Assembly: GCA_051294375.1 (NCBI GenBank)
Contig: JBJCIZ010000379.1
Span: 1 to 16,702, forward strand
Source of the DNA: Paraspadella gotoi
Taxonomy: Eukaryota; Animalia; Chaetognatha
Length of the DNA stretch: 16,702 nt
Direction: 5' to 3'
The translations under genes were made by a program, and so were the position numbers. The notes beneath the pieces are model-generated. The model ran no database searches and was not told the DNA's origin. It was given only the letters and a program-made list of their open reading frames with translations. Positions 1-9,561 of this stretch are shown here, piece after piece. Each line of letters starts with the position of its first letter. Within the stretch, counting starts at the first letter, position 1.

Positions 1-699
1 CTCGCCCGCCGCCCCGCGCGCCGCGCGTGCGCCGGCACCCGGCCCTCCCCCCTTTGTTTCATTCCTGCTCGTTGTCCCTCTTTCCTGTCTGTCTGTCCTT
101 TTTGTCTTTCTGTCTTTCTGTCTGTACCCGTGCCCCCGTCCCTCCTTCCGTTTTCTCTTTGTTGCCTGTCTACGCCCCCTCTCTGGCCCCCGGTACCGCC
201 CCTCCGCCCTTTCCTGCGCCTTTTTCTTTCCTCTCCCTCCTGCTCCCGTCGCCTCCCTCCTCCTCCCCCCCCGCCTTCGCCCGTCCCCGTGGCCGGACCC
301 CTCCCCCGCGCTTCTTTCTCTCTTTTCCCTCGCTCCGCCACCCCCTTTCTTTTCGTCCCCGTTCCCCAAAGTTTCCTGCCTCGTTTCCTGCCTCCTTTTG
401 CCCTTTTCTCCCTGTCCGGGTACCCTTCTCTCCGCGTTTCTGCTGCTTTCCCCCTCGCTGCGCCTCTGCACTCCTACTTGTGCCCTGCCGTCTGGTCCCC
501 TTCCCTGCCGCCTCCTTCCTTTCCTGCCCGCCTCCTTTTCCTCCTCTGCCTCGTTCCCCTTGTTTCGTCCCGTCATCATTTGCCCTGTCCTTTTCCTTTT
601 TCTCTCCTTGCCGCGCCGGCGCGGCCCCGCTTCCGCCCTTCCGTCCCTTTTCCTTCCCGCCGGCGCCGCCCCCTTTTCCCTGCTCGGCCTTGCCCTTCT

Positions 700-880
700 G
701 TGCGCGCGCGCCCGGCGCGCGCGCGCGCCGCGCGCGCCGCGCGCGCGCGCCGTGCCGCCGCTGCCCGCCCGTGGCTGCCGGTTTGCCCCTCCTTCGGCCG
801 CCCCGCGCCGCCGCGGCCCGGCGGGCCGCCGCGCGGCGCGCGCGCGCGCGGCCGCGCGCGCGCGCGCGCGCGCGGCGCCC
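700..880. repeat. Apparent (GC)n runs, probably miscalled (GA)n microsatellite
   Basis: Long gcgcgc tracts are present. GAGA-to-GCGC conversion is directly visible in the adapter and in the gag mirror copy. Confidence 0.6.
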
Positions 881-964
881 CGCGGGCGGCGTTCGGCCCG
901 GCGGCCCTTCGCCACAGGCACCCCGGTTCCCCCCTTTGGCGGCCCCCTTGCGGTTTCTGCGTCG

Positions 965-1070
965 GGTTCTGCTGCTGCTGCTGCCTGCTGCTGCCTGCTC
1001 CTCGTGATGCTGCTCGTGCTGCTGCTCTTGCTGCCCTGCTGCTGCTGCCTGCTGCTGCCCTGCTGCTTCT
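965..1070. repeat. Apparent (CTG)n tract, probably miscalled (ATG)n microsatellite
   Basis: ctgctgctg arrays with a surviving 'gtgatgctg' at ~1004. Reversing A-to-C gives gtgatgatgatagtgatgatg. Confidence 0.55.
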
Positions 1071-3599
1071 GTCCGTCGGGCCTTGCCTCCGTTCCCCCCG
1101 CTCTCCGCCTGCCCCCGTCGTGGCCCCCGTTGCTCCTTGCGTCCCGCTCTCCGTCCTGCCCCCTCGGTCCCGGGTTCCCCCTTCCCCCGGTCCCTCCTCT
1201 CCGGCCCCGGTGCGGCCGGCCGTCAGCCGCCTTGGGGGGCGTGTCCCCTCCCCCCGTTCCCCGCCCCGGCCCCGCTCTTATGGCTGCTCCGGGTTCCCGC
1301 CGTTGCGGCTCGTCTCTTTCGCCCCCCTCCGTCCGGTTGTTTGTTGTTTTCGCCGTCGCCCCGCGCTTTCCCTCGCCCCGGGGCGCGCCTGCCCTGGCCG
1401 CGGCGGCCCGCGGCGGCCGCGGGCGGTCTCGTCCGCGCCGTTCTTCGCCCCTTTTCGCCTCGCCCCCGGTCGCCCCGTCGCCGCGCCTGCTTTCGTGGTC
1501 GCCCGGTCGCCTTCGCTCCTTCTCCCGTCGCCTGCCGCGCGGCGCCTGCCTTTCCTTCCCCGCTCTCCATTTCGCGCTCCCTTTTTCCTTGCCGTGCCTT
1601 CCATGCTTCTGCCTTCCCTCCCCTCTCTGCCTCCTTTCTCCGCCTGTTTGTCGCCCCCGCACGCTTCCGCCGTCTTTTTTTTCTTTCCCCGAACTTTGCC
1701 GCGCCTTCCGTGTCTCTTCCTTACCCCTTCTGTGCCCCGCTCTTCCCCGCCCTTCCTGGCCACCTCTTCGAGATTTTTTCTCCGATCCTGGGTTTCCCGT
1801 CTTCTGCTCGCGTCCTCCATCCCTTGCCCTCTCGGCTGCCTGCGATCCTCTCTAGCCGCTTGCTCTTCTGTCTCTCGCTTGCCACCCCGGCCCCCCTTTC
1901 GTTTCTTCCCTTGCCATTTTTGGCCCCCCGCGCCCTGCCCGGCCCTCGCATTCCCCCCGCCTGCTGCCGTCTTTGTTGCCTTTCTCCCCTTTTTTCCTGC
2001 TCCCCTGCTTCCCGCCCCGCTCCCCTTCTCCTTCTCTCCCTCTTTGGCCTCGCCCCTCGTCCCTTCGCCCTCCTACGTTTTCCCTTGGCGGTGCCGTGGC
2101 CGGCACGTTTCTCTCCCGTTTGCGTTCCCCCCGCCGCCGCCGGGTTGCCGCTCCTCCTCCCTTTGCTGCATTTTCCGTTTGGCCTCCCGCTGCCGCTGGC
2201 CTTGCCGCTCGTGCCCGTTGCCGCTTGCGCTCCTTGGCGGCGCCCGCCGCCCCGTCCTTCGCGTTGGCGCCTCCCTTTCCCCGTCCGCCTCTGTTTGCGT
2301 TGCCGCGTCGGCCCTCTTCGTGCTCTTTCGGCCGTTTGCCGGCGTCCGTGTTTCCCCGTCCCCCGCGGACCCCTCTTTCCTGGCATTATTCATCCCTTTC
2401 TTCCGCTGCCCTGCGTTTGCCATTCCCTTCCCCGCCTTTCCCCTGCCTGCCTTTCCTCCCTCTTCTCTCGTCCCCTCGCCCCTTTTCCTTGCCACTCCCC
2501 ACTTTCCCTCTTCCCTCCCTTCGCCTCGTTTTTTCCGTGTCCCGTTGCCTCCCGCCCGCCTCCTGGGGGCCCCCGCGGGTCCGTGCCCGCCTGCCTCCCC
2601 TTTGGCGTCGGGCCCTTGCTTCCTTTGTCCTGGCCTGCGCCCTTCCTGCTCTTTGCCCCCCGGTGCCGCCGCTGGTTGTCCGTTCCTTCCTCGGCTTCGC
2701 ACGGGCGTTTGCGGCCCGGCCTTTTTGCTGCCTGCTCTATGCGCCGCTTCCCTTGGGGGGTTTCTCCTTTCCGCTGCGCCCTTGTTTGCGCCGTGCTCCC
2801 TCTCGCCCTTCCTCTTCCCTCTCCTCCCTCTTCTCACCCCGCTCCCTTCCTCCTCCCTTTCTTCCTCTTCCCTCTCCCCTCCTCCTTGCCCGCCGTGCCT
2901 CACCTGCCCGACGGCCCCTCCGCCGCCACCATCGCAGTCGCCCCGCGCTGCCGCCCGCCGCCGCGCGCCGCCCGACGCCCCGCTCCCCGCTCCCTCCCCG
3001 CTTCCCCTTCCTTCCCCCTCCTCCTTTCCTCCCTCTCCTTCCTCCCTGCTGGTCTCCGCGGCCTCTCCCCCCTTCCGACTTTCCTCTACTTTTCTCTCCC
3101 GGCCCCTTCTTCCCCCCCCTGCGCGCCCTCGTTCCCTTTTCCGCCTCCGCTTCCCCCTCTCCTCGTTCTTCATTCCCCCCTGCGCGCCCCCGACTCTTCC
3201 CCTTCAGGTCTCCTCCCCCTGTTCGCGCCTTTACCCCGCCCTCTTGGCGTCCTTCCCTTCTTCCCTTCCGCTCTTTTGCCCCCTTCCCTCCCCGGTCCGG
3301 GCTACCTTCGCTCCCTCTTTTCTCCCTCTTTCCCTCTCCTCCACCTCCCTCTGGTCCCCTCTTCTTCCCCTCCCCTCGTTTCCTCCCCCTCTCCCTGTCT
3401 CCTGTCTCCTGTCCTCCGCCCCCGTCCCTCCCTGTCGCTCTTTCCTCGCGCGCACCGCCGCTTGCCGCCTCTTTGCGCCCTTTGCCGTCTTGTCTCGCCC
3501 CACTCCCGCTCTGTTTCCGTTTGTTCCTTGCCCCTCCTGCCGCCCTATTCCCTGTTTGCCCTCTTTACTTTTTCTGCGGCCCGCTTCGCGTTGGCACCC

Positions 3600-6500
3600 T
3601 TGTTCCCTCTCCCCCTTTTAACTTTCCCCCTTCTCTTTCCACACGGCTCTGCCCCGTTCTCCCCGGGCTTCGTTGTTCACTTCTACTTCCCTTCCCTTTA
3701 CCCTTTCTCTCCCGTTTTGCCGCTCCCGCCCCCCGCTCCCTGGGTCTCTGTTCTGGGCTTGTCCTGTGCCATTGCGTTGGCCCTCGTCCCCGCCTCGCCC
3801 TCCCCCTCGCCCTTCGGCGCCCACCTGTCCCGGCGAGGCCCACTTGGCTTTTCGCGCGCCTTGCCCCGCCCCGTTCGCCCCTTTTGTTCTCCTCCGCCTT
3901 GGCCCCGGCGCCGTTTTCTGGGGCTCCGCGGCGTGCTCGAGCTCTGCATGGGCGGCCTTGCCGTTGCGCTGTGGTGCCGGCTCCCCTGCTTTGGCTCTTT
4001 GCTCTCCCCTGTTGGTGTCCCTCGGGCTGGTCTTGGTCGCGGCGCTTGTCGTCCTGCGTGGTCCCGCCGCCCCCACTGCCCCTGTGCCGGGGCTTGCCCT
4101 CCCGCACGTGCCGCCGGCCCTGGTCGCCCCCTCTTTCCGGTCCAGGCGTCTGCCTCCGCCTGGCTTGGCCCCGGCCCACTTCGCGCGCCCGTCGGCGCCC
4201 GCTGCTCTGCGTCCGTCGGCCACCCCCTCCCTCGCCGGGCCCGTCGGGCCCCGGTTCTTCTTCTTTTTTGTCGTACCCTCGCCTGCGCTTGGCGTCCCTT
4301 TGGCCGCTTGCCGCTGTGGCCCCCTGGGCCGGCGGCCCCGCTGTTCTGGTGTCGGGGGCCTCCGTGAGCGCCTAGCGCCCCATCCCCCCCGCCCGCTCGC
4401 CGTCCCTTGCATCCCCCCCTGCCGCCGGTCGGCGTCGCCTGGTGCCCTTCCCGTCGGCGGGGCCCGGCGTTCCCCCCTGCGCCGGCCGCCCGGCCGTTTC
4501 CCGGCTTTGCTGGGCGCTTCTCTTTCTTATCGATCGCCCCCTTTCTCGCGCGCGTAAGTGCGCGTCGCCGTCTTTGCTGGAATACAACTGCCCCTTGCTG
4601 CTCCTTTGCTGCCGTGGCGCTCTCCGTCTTTCTTTGCCGCGCGCGCGCGCGCGTGCCGGACTGGGGGTTTCGTCTTGCAACCCGGGTTGGGGCGTCTTCC
4701 CGGCGCCTGTTGCCGAATCCTTGGCCCTCCCTTGACGTTCTTCGTCTCGCTCGATTCGTTTTGCGCTGCGTCACTCGACTGACCCCGTGCTTTGGTGGGG
4801 CGGCGCTCTTCTGCCACTGCGGATTTCCCTGACGGCGTCAAACCGTGGTCCGATCGGCAGCTGGCCTGGCGCGTTCCGCCGCGTTTGACATCTTCGGCTC
4901 GGGTCACCTTCCTTCAGCTTTGCGTTGCTGGTCCTCTGACTGATCCGTTTCCTTGGGATGTCTTCACTCGTGACCGTTCGACCGTCTTCTCACCATCCGC
5001 GGTTGCGATGTGCTCCATGTATCGCGCGCCTGTTTCGACCATCCCGAGCTGCATTCTCGGCTGGCCTCGCCTCTCTGCTGCCCGCTTTTACCGCCCTCGC
5101 TGCGCAACGTTACGTCGGACCGCGGTCCATCTCGCCTCTGACGGATCGCCGTACGCGCATACGCATTGATTCTTTGATCCATGTCCTCTTGACTATCTTC
5201 GCTTTCAGAAAACGGCAAACACCCCTTCACGCGGCGCGACCTCGGGCTCTTGTTAGGCCTGCCTTCAATTCTCCTTACTCCAGATCCTTCGCTGTTTTCG
5301 TTTGTCACGCGGGCCGATCTGCGTTTCTTAGGCTTGTCGCGCGTTGGACGGGCCTCCTGGGCGCCAGCGCGGTGGCCGCCACTGCGGCGTCGACGTGCCG
5401 CGCGGCGACGGTCCCCTCTTGCCTGTGTTGGCGGCTGCCCTCACCATGTCCGTCTTCTGGCTCCGTGGGTCTGAGACCATCCTGGCGGAAAACCCCGTTG
5501 AACGTCGATTTGCATCTCGGACGCGTCGTCTCGCTCCTCGTCGGCGCCTGCCTGGCGCATGGAGCGATATCCTCGCCTCGCGCTGCTGCTACGCGAGGGA
5601 ACCTGTGCGCAGACTCGAATGTGGTTGTTCCTGTGCGTGTGGGCCAACGGCACTCGCATAACTGCCCGCGGCGTTTGCGCGCGTCGCTTCCCGGTGCCGA
5701 CCGTCGACCTCTGCCTGTTCGGTTGCGTGGCGCCTTGGTTACAGCCGGCCCTTACTTGTTTCTTAGTGCGAGTGCAACCCTGTGGCGCTTCCCGGTTACG
5801 TCTCGCCCACCTCTTTTCCACGGCGCTGCTGAACCCTCTGGCGGCGTTGGGCCTCCCCGCGTTTCTGCTGCCCCGTTTTTTCTGTTCTCTCCCCTTGTCA
5901 GGCCCACCGTTCTTCTTTTGTTTCCGCTTCCCTCCTTCCGCTTCCTCCTCCTCCCCGCACTCTCGCTATTCGCTTCTCTGGCCTCTCTCTCTGCCTCCCC
6001 CGCCCACGTCCTCCACGTCATCCTCTTACTTGGTTCCCCTTCCCCCTGCCCTACCCTTCCTCCTCGGCTGCTCCTCGTTTCCCCTGTCGCCGCCGTTCTT
6101 TGTCGACGCCCCGGCCCTACCCCGTGCTCGCCCTGGCCTTTGTCTCCCTCCTCCTCGTCTTCCCTCGTCCCCCCTCTCCCTGCTTCTACCTGTTCTTTTG
6201 TTTTTCCCCCTGCCTTCTCCTCTCCCCTGTTCTCTCCTTTCCGCCCCCTTGGCCTCTCTTCTTCTGTCCGGCCCTGCCGGTGGTGGCCCCTCCTTCTAGT
6301 TCCGTCCCTCCCCGTTACGGGCGCGCCTCCCCGCGCTGCCTGCTTTTTCTTTTCGTTGCGTTGGCCCCTTCCCTCCGGCGGGCTCGCATCCCCCGAGGCC
6401 CGGTTCCCGTTCTTGTTTCCCGTCGCCCCGATCCGGGTTTCCCCTCCCGCTGCACCCCTCTCTTTTCCTTCCTCGCCTTTTTCTCCTTTTTTTTCCTTCC

Positions 6501-6996
6501 TCTCTGTTTCCTTTCTCTCTATTTTACTCTCCGCTTGCCTGGTTCTTGCTTGTTTTTCCCCCCTTCCTTCCCCTGCCCCTGCAACCCGCACTCACTCGCC
6601 TCCCGTCCTGCCTTGTTCCCCCTTGCCCGTTGGGTTTCTTTCTCTTCTTTCCCTGTTTTTCTTTTTCGTGTCCTGCATTTCCTGCCTTGCTTCCTCACTC
6701 CTTTCTCTCTCCCGGCACTCCTCCCTGCTTTCCTCCCGCCTCTGCGCCGTGCCTTCCACTTACCCTGCACCGCCCCAGCCTCTCGCCTCCCGTCACTGCC
6801 TTGTTCACCCCTTGCCCGTTTGTTTCTTTCTCTTTCTTTCCCTGTTTTCCTTTTTTTCAGTGTCCTTGCCTTCCTTTCTCCCTTCCCCTCCACTCCTCGT
6901 CTCTCCGCTCTCCTCCCCTTGCTTTCCTCCCTGACCTCTGCGCCGTGCCTTCCTTCCCCTGCAACTGCCCCCGCCTCCTCGCCTCCGTCCTGCTTG
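3600..6996 (-). repeat. Inverted (reverse-complement) noisy copy of 7042-~10400: upstream flank, 5' LTR, gag and 5' part of pol
   Basis: Paired coordinates sum to about 14020-14080 throughout: 4489-4525 with 9494-9529 (gag end), 5760-5850 with 8230-8320 (LTR end and PBS), 6400-6450 with 7610-7660 (flank). Minus-strand ORFs reproduce Gag/Pol peptides such as EKRPAKPGNGRA and QGRPCRARARR. The left boundary is fuzzy (~3550-3700). Confidence 0.92.
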
Positions 6997-7041
6997 ATCT
7001 CTCTCCCCCACCCCGGCGGACGGAGGCCCCGCGCGCCGCAT
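6997..7041 (+). other. PacBio SMRTbell hairpin adapter, corrupted by A-to-C miscalls (missed adapter)
   Basis: Observed ATCTCTCTC-CCCCACCCC-GGCGGACGGAGG-CCCC-GCGCGCCGCAT (45 nt) versus the adapter as read, ATCTCTCTC-AACAACAACAAC-GGAGGAGGAGG-AAAA-GAGAGAGAT (45 nt). The differences are A-to-C changes plus small indels, and it sits at the inversion axis (~7020). Confidence 0.9.
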
Positions 7042-7520
7042 CCCGTCCTTTCTTGCTTCGATGCGTCTTTTGTCACGTTTTTCCTTGTCATGCCTTCTTC
7101 TCCGCTTCCTTCTGCCCTCCGTTGCATGCGCTCCGTTAGCGACCGCATTCCTTTCGTTGCCTTTCTCCTGCCTCCTTCCCCTCCCCTCACACCCGGTACG
7201 AGCACCTATCCCGCCACACCTTGGCCATGGTTCCCCCGTCCTTCTTGCTTCGCGACGTCCTTTTGTCCGTTTCCTTGTCCTGCATTCCCCTTCTCCGCTT
7301 CACTTTCTGCACTCCGTTGCTTGCGCTCCGTTCGCGCTCCATTCCTTTTCGTTGCCTCCCTGCATGCCTTCCTTCCCCACTCCACCATCCCAACCGGTCA
7401 AGAAATCTCACGCACCACCTTGGCCCATGGTTAACCAGTCATTACTTGCTTCGCTGCGTCTTTTGTCCGTTTCCTTGTCATGCCTTTTTTACACTCCACC
7501 ACTCCCTCACCCCGTCCCTC
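7042..7520. repeat. ~195-bp tandem repeat, at least 2.5 units, truncated by the fragment end
   Basis: The anchor 'cttgcttcg..gcgtc(c)ttttgtc.cgtttccttgtc.tgc' recurs at 7052, 7244 and 7445. The mirror arm has the anchor 'ctcgcctcc(c)gtc' at 6595, 6782 and 6978. Confidence 0.75.
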
Positions 7521-7669
7521 CTTTACTCTACATATCTTTTAATAAATTAAAACAGAGATGAATTAAAAAATTATAAAAAATTGCGAAGGAATTAAAATAT
7601 ATTTTTCATCTGGAGTTGAACCCGGAATCTTGGGCGACGGTAACAATAACCGGTTAACCGTTTGCTGTC

Positions 7670-8299
7670 TGTGGGTTTCGATCCTCGCCTATTTAAATTT
7701 CAACTCAACTAAAATAAAAAGAGTCATCTCGGGGATTCGATCCCGGAACTGTTTAGTGAGAACTATATATTTAGTGGTTTCCACCACCTCAGTTGGCCCT
7801 TACATAAGATATTCCAAAATTGTGGCTAATTATGAATAACATGATAGTATAAATCATGTGGAAACAAAAGAAACATTATAATCATTTATAGTTTAACTAG
7901 GTAAATACTAAGTAGTAAGTTATACAATTTTTCATGGTGCTATCAACTTTTTTCGCTTGTCTTCTTAACAAAGAACTTCTTCTACATTGGTTTAAACCGA
8001 TTATCATCGCTAGTATTAATGTATTTCATTGTTAATGTTACCAATTAATATTATTACTGTTTATTACTTTTGCTTGTTGAGTCATATAGATATTCCATAT
8101 AATCGAAATATCTATATGCTTTTGATTATTTTTATTAAGGTAATGATTTTAAGCTGACAAAATAAGAACTTTGTTTCCGGACAAATTTTAGAGAACAGAA
8201 AAAACTGTTCAAGATAACTCTTTGATTCCAACGCCGACTAGAGGTTTCATCAAGCGCCTGTGGAAAAAGAGGTGCGACGTTAACCGTGAATTCGCCACA
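7670..8299 (+). repeat. 5' LTR (~630 bp)
   Basis: Starts TGTGG and ends CCACA (5-bp terminal inverted repeat). It is a direct repeat of 13208-13843 and is followed by the PBS. Confidence 0.93.
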
Positions 8300-8300
8300 T

Positions 8301-8313
8301 TGGTGCACCCGAC
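8301..8313 (+). promoter_or_regulatory. Primer binding site, tRNA-Trp type
   Basis: TGGTGCACCCGAC begins 1 nt after the LTR end. It matches 11/13 with TGGTGACCCCGAC, the complement of the eukaryotic tRNA-Trp 3' end, and the mismatch is an A/C swap. Confidence 0.8.
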
Positions 8314-8424
8314 TAAGAACAATAAGTGCCCTGCTTTAACCAAGGGCGCCACGCAACCTTAAACAGTCAGATTCGACGCCGCGTCACCGGAAGCGACGCC
8401 GCAAACGCCGCGGCAGTTTTATCG

Positions 8425-9546
8425 ATGCCGTTGCCCACCACAGGAACAACCACTCGATCTCAGTCACATTCCCTTCGCGTAGCAGCAGCGCGAGGTCGAG
8501 GATATCGCTCTCCATCGCCAGGCATCGCCGACGAGGAGATCGAGACGACGCCTCCGAGATCAAACGTCTTCACTTTTCCGCCATTTGAGTCTCAGACTCC
8601 ACGGAGCCAGAATACGACGATGGCTGAGGCACCGCCAACACAGGCAGAGGTTGACTCTCTCCGCGCTGCACTCGACGCCGCCATGGCGGCCACCCGCGCT
8701 GCCCAGGAGGCCCTCCAACGCGCCGACAAGCCTAAGAAACCAGATCTTCCCGCGTTTGACAAAGAAAACATCGAAATCTGGATAAGGAGAATTGAGGCAG
8801 CCTATACAAGAGCCCGAGTCGTCGCCGCTAAGGATAAGTTTGCCTTTCTTGAAGCGAAGATATCAGTGGACATTGATCCAAGGATCAATGCGTATCTCTA
8901 CGGCGATCCGTCAGAGGCGAGATGGACCGCTTTTCTCGACTACTTGCGCAGCGAGTACGGGCTTACAAAGCGGCGCCAAGCCGAGATAATTCTCGATGCC
9001 CGAATCAGCCGCGATGACATGAAACCATCGCAACATCTCGCCAGAATGGTTGAGAAGACGTCGACGGTCACGATTGATGACATCCTCAAGGAACTGATCA
9101 TCAGAGGTTTACCATCAACTGTCAAAGCGAATGTAATTGACCGAGCCGAAGATTCAACTGCGGCGGAACTCGCCGCCATCGCCGATCGGCACTTTGACGC
9201 CTCAGGGAAACCGCTGCATAAGAGCGCCGCCCCACCAATCAACGTGGTCATCGATGACGCAGCTCAAAACGAATCGAGCGACGACGAAAACTCAATGGAG
9301 GTCAATTTCGTCAACAGGCGCCGGGATAATCGCTCCCAACCCTTTGCAAGACGAAACCCCCATCCTGGCACTGCTCGCGCGCCGCAAATTAAGACGGAGG
9401 GCGCCACTTCATCAAGGATCAGGCAAATTTGTCATTTCCATGCAAAATACGGCGACGCCTCTTACCGCTGCGAGAAAGGGTGCGATCGATATGAAGAGAA
9501 GCGCCCCAGCAAGCCGGGAAACGGCCGGGCGGGCCGGCGCAGGTGA
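8425..9546 (+). CDS. gag: Gag polyprotein of the retrotransposon
   Basis: The frame is open from 8326 (GTG). The first in-frame ATG is 8425 (MPLPTTGTTTRSQS), with an alternative ATG at 8620 in good Kozak context. It has a capsid-like segment LPAFDKENIEIWIRRIEAAY...KF and a C-terminal C-x2-H-x9-C-x3-C motif (CHFHAKYGDASYRCEKGC, 9430-9483). Confidence 0.9.
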   Translation: MPLPTTGTTTRSQSHSLRVAAARGRGYRSPSPGIADEEIETTPPRSNVFTFPPFESQTPRSQNTTMAEAPPTQAEVDSLRAALDAAMAATRAAQEALQRADKPKKPDLPAFDKENIEIWIRRIEAAYTRARVVAAKDKFAFLEAKISVDIDPRINAYLYGDPSEARWTAFLDYLRSEYGLTKRRQAEIILDARISRDDMKPSQHLARMVEKTSTVTIDDILKELIIRGLPSTVKANVIDRAEDSTAAELAAIADRHFDASGKPLHKSAAPPINVVIDDAAQNESSDDENSMEVNFVNRRRDNRSQPFARRNPHPGTARAPQIKTEGATSSRIRQICHFHAKYGDASYRCEKGCDRYEEKRPSKPGNGRAGRRR

Positions 9547-9561
9547 ACGCCGTGCCCCGCC
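9516..9561 (+). promoter_or_regulatory. Predicted -1 programmed ribosomal frameshift signal (gag-pol)
   Basis: Slippery heptamer G GGA AAC (9516-9522) is in the correct gag phase, followed by a 5-nt spacer and a GC-rich stem-loop (9528-9561). Pol is in the -1 frame, is open from 9495 and has no ATG before the protease active site. Confidence 0.85.

Larger units (their letters stand above)
1..7520. other. A-depleted, miscalled long-read segment (systematic A-to-C errors); not real coding DNA
   Basis: A is almost absent on the + strand. Where the true sequence is known from the mirror copy, A is replaced mostly by C or lost: the reverse complement of gag reads 'gccgtagagatacgcattgat' and appears as 'gccgtacgcgcatacgcattgat' at ~5150-5170. 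Normal A content returns abruptly at ~7530. Confidence 0.9.

Noticed and set aside
700-1070. Z-DNA-forming (GC)n tract, CpG island or CTG expansion
   Set aside because: Better explained as miscalled (GA)n and (ATG)n microsatellites.
3600-6400. A second, head-to-head retrotransposon copy or a natural hairpin/antisense silencing locus
   Set aside because: The mirror includes the same host flank and tandem repeat and pivots on a SMRTbell adapter, so it is the same molecule read twice.
3600-6996. Adenine-specific mutagenesis like a diversity-generating retroelement (template/variable repeat next to an RT), or ADAR/RIP-type hypermutation
   Set aside because: The RT is a Gypsy Pol, not a DGR RT. 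The copy is inverted, kilobases long and indel-rich, the changes are mainly A-to-C (ADAR gives A-to-G, RIP gives C-to-T), and the synthetic adapter is altered in the same way.
6540-7520. CRISPR-like array
   Set aside because: The period is ~195 bp, similarity runs along whole units with no unique spacers, there are no cas genes and the context is eukaryotic.
27-7561. Very long overlapping ORFs in all six frames (up to 1163 aa; Pro/Leu/Ser/Phe-rich on +, Arg/Gly/Glu/Lys-rich on -)
   Set aside because: Every stop codon needs both T and A. Losing A on + (T on -) removes stops in all frames, and the amino-acid composition simply follows the base bias.
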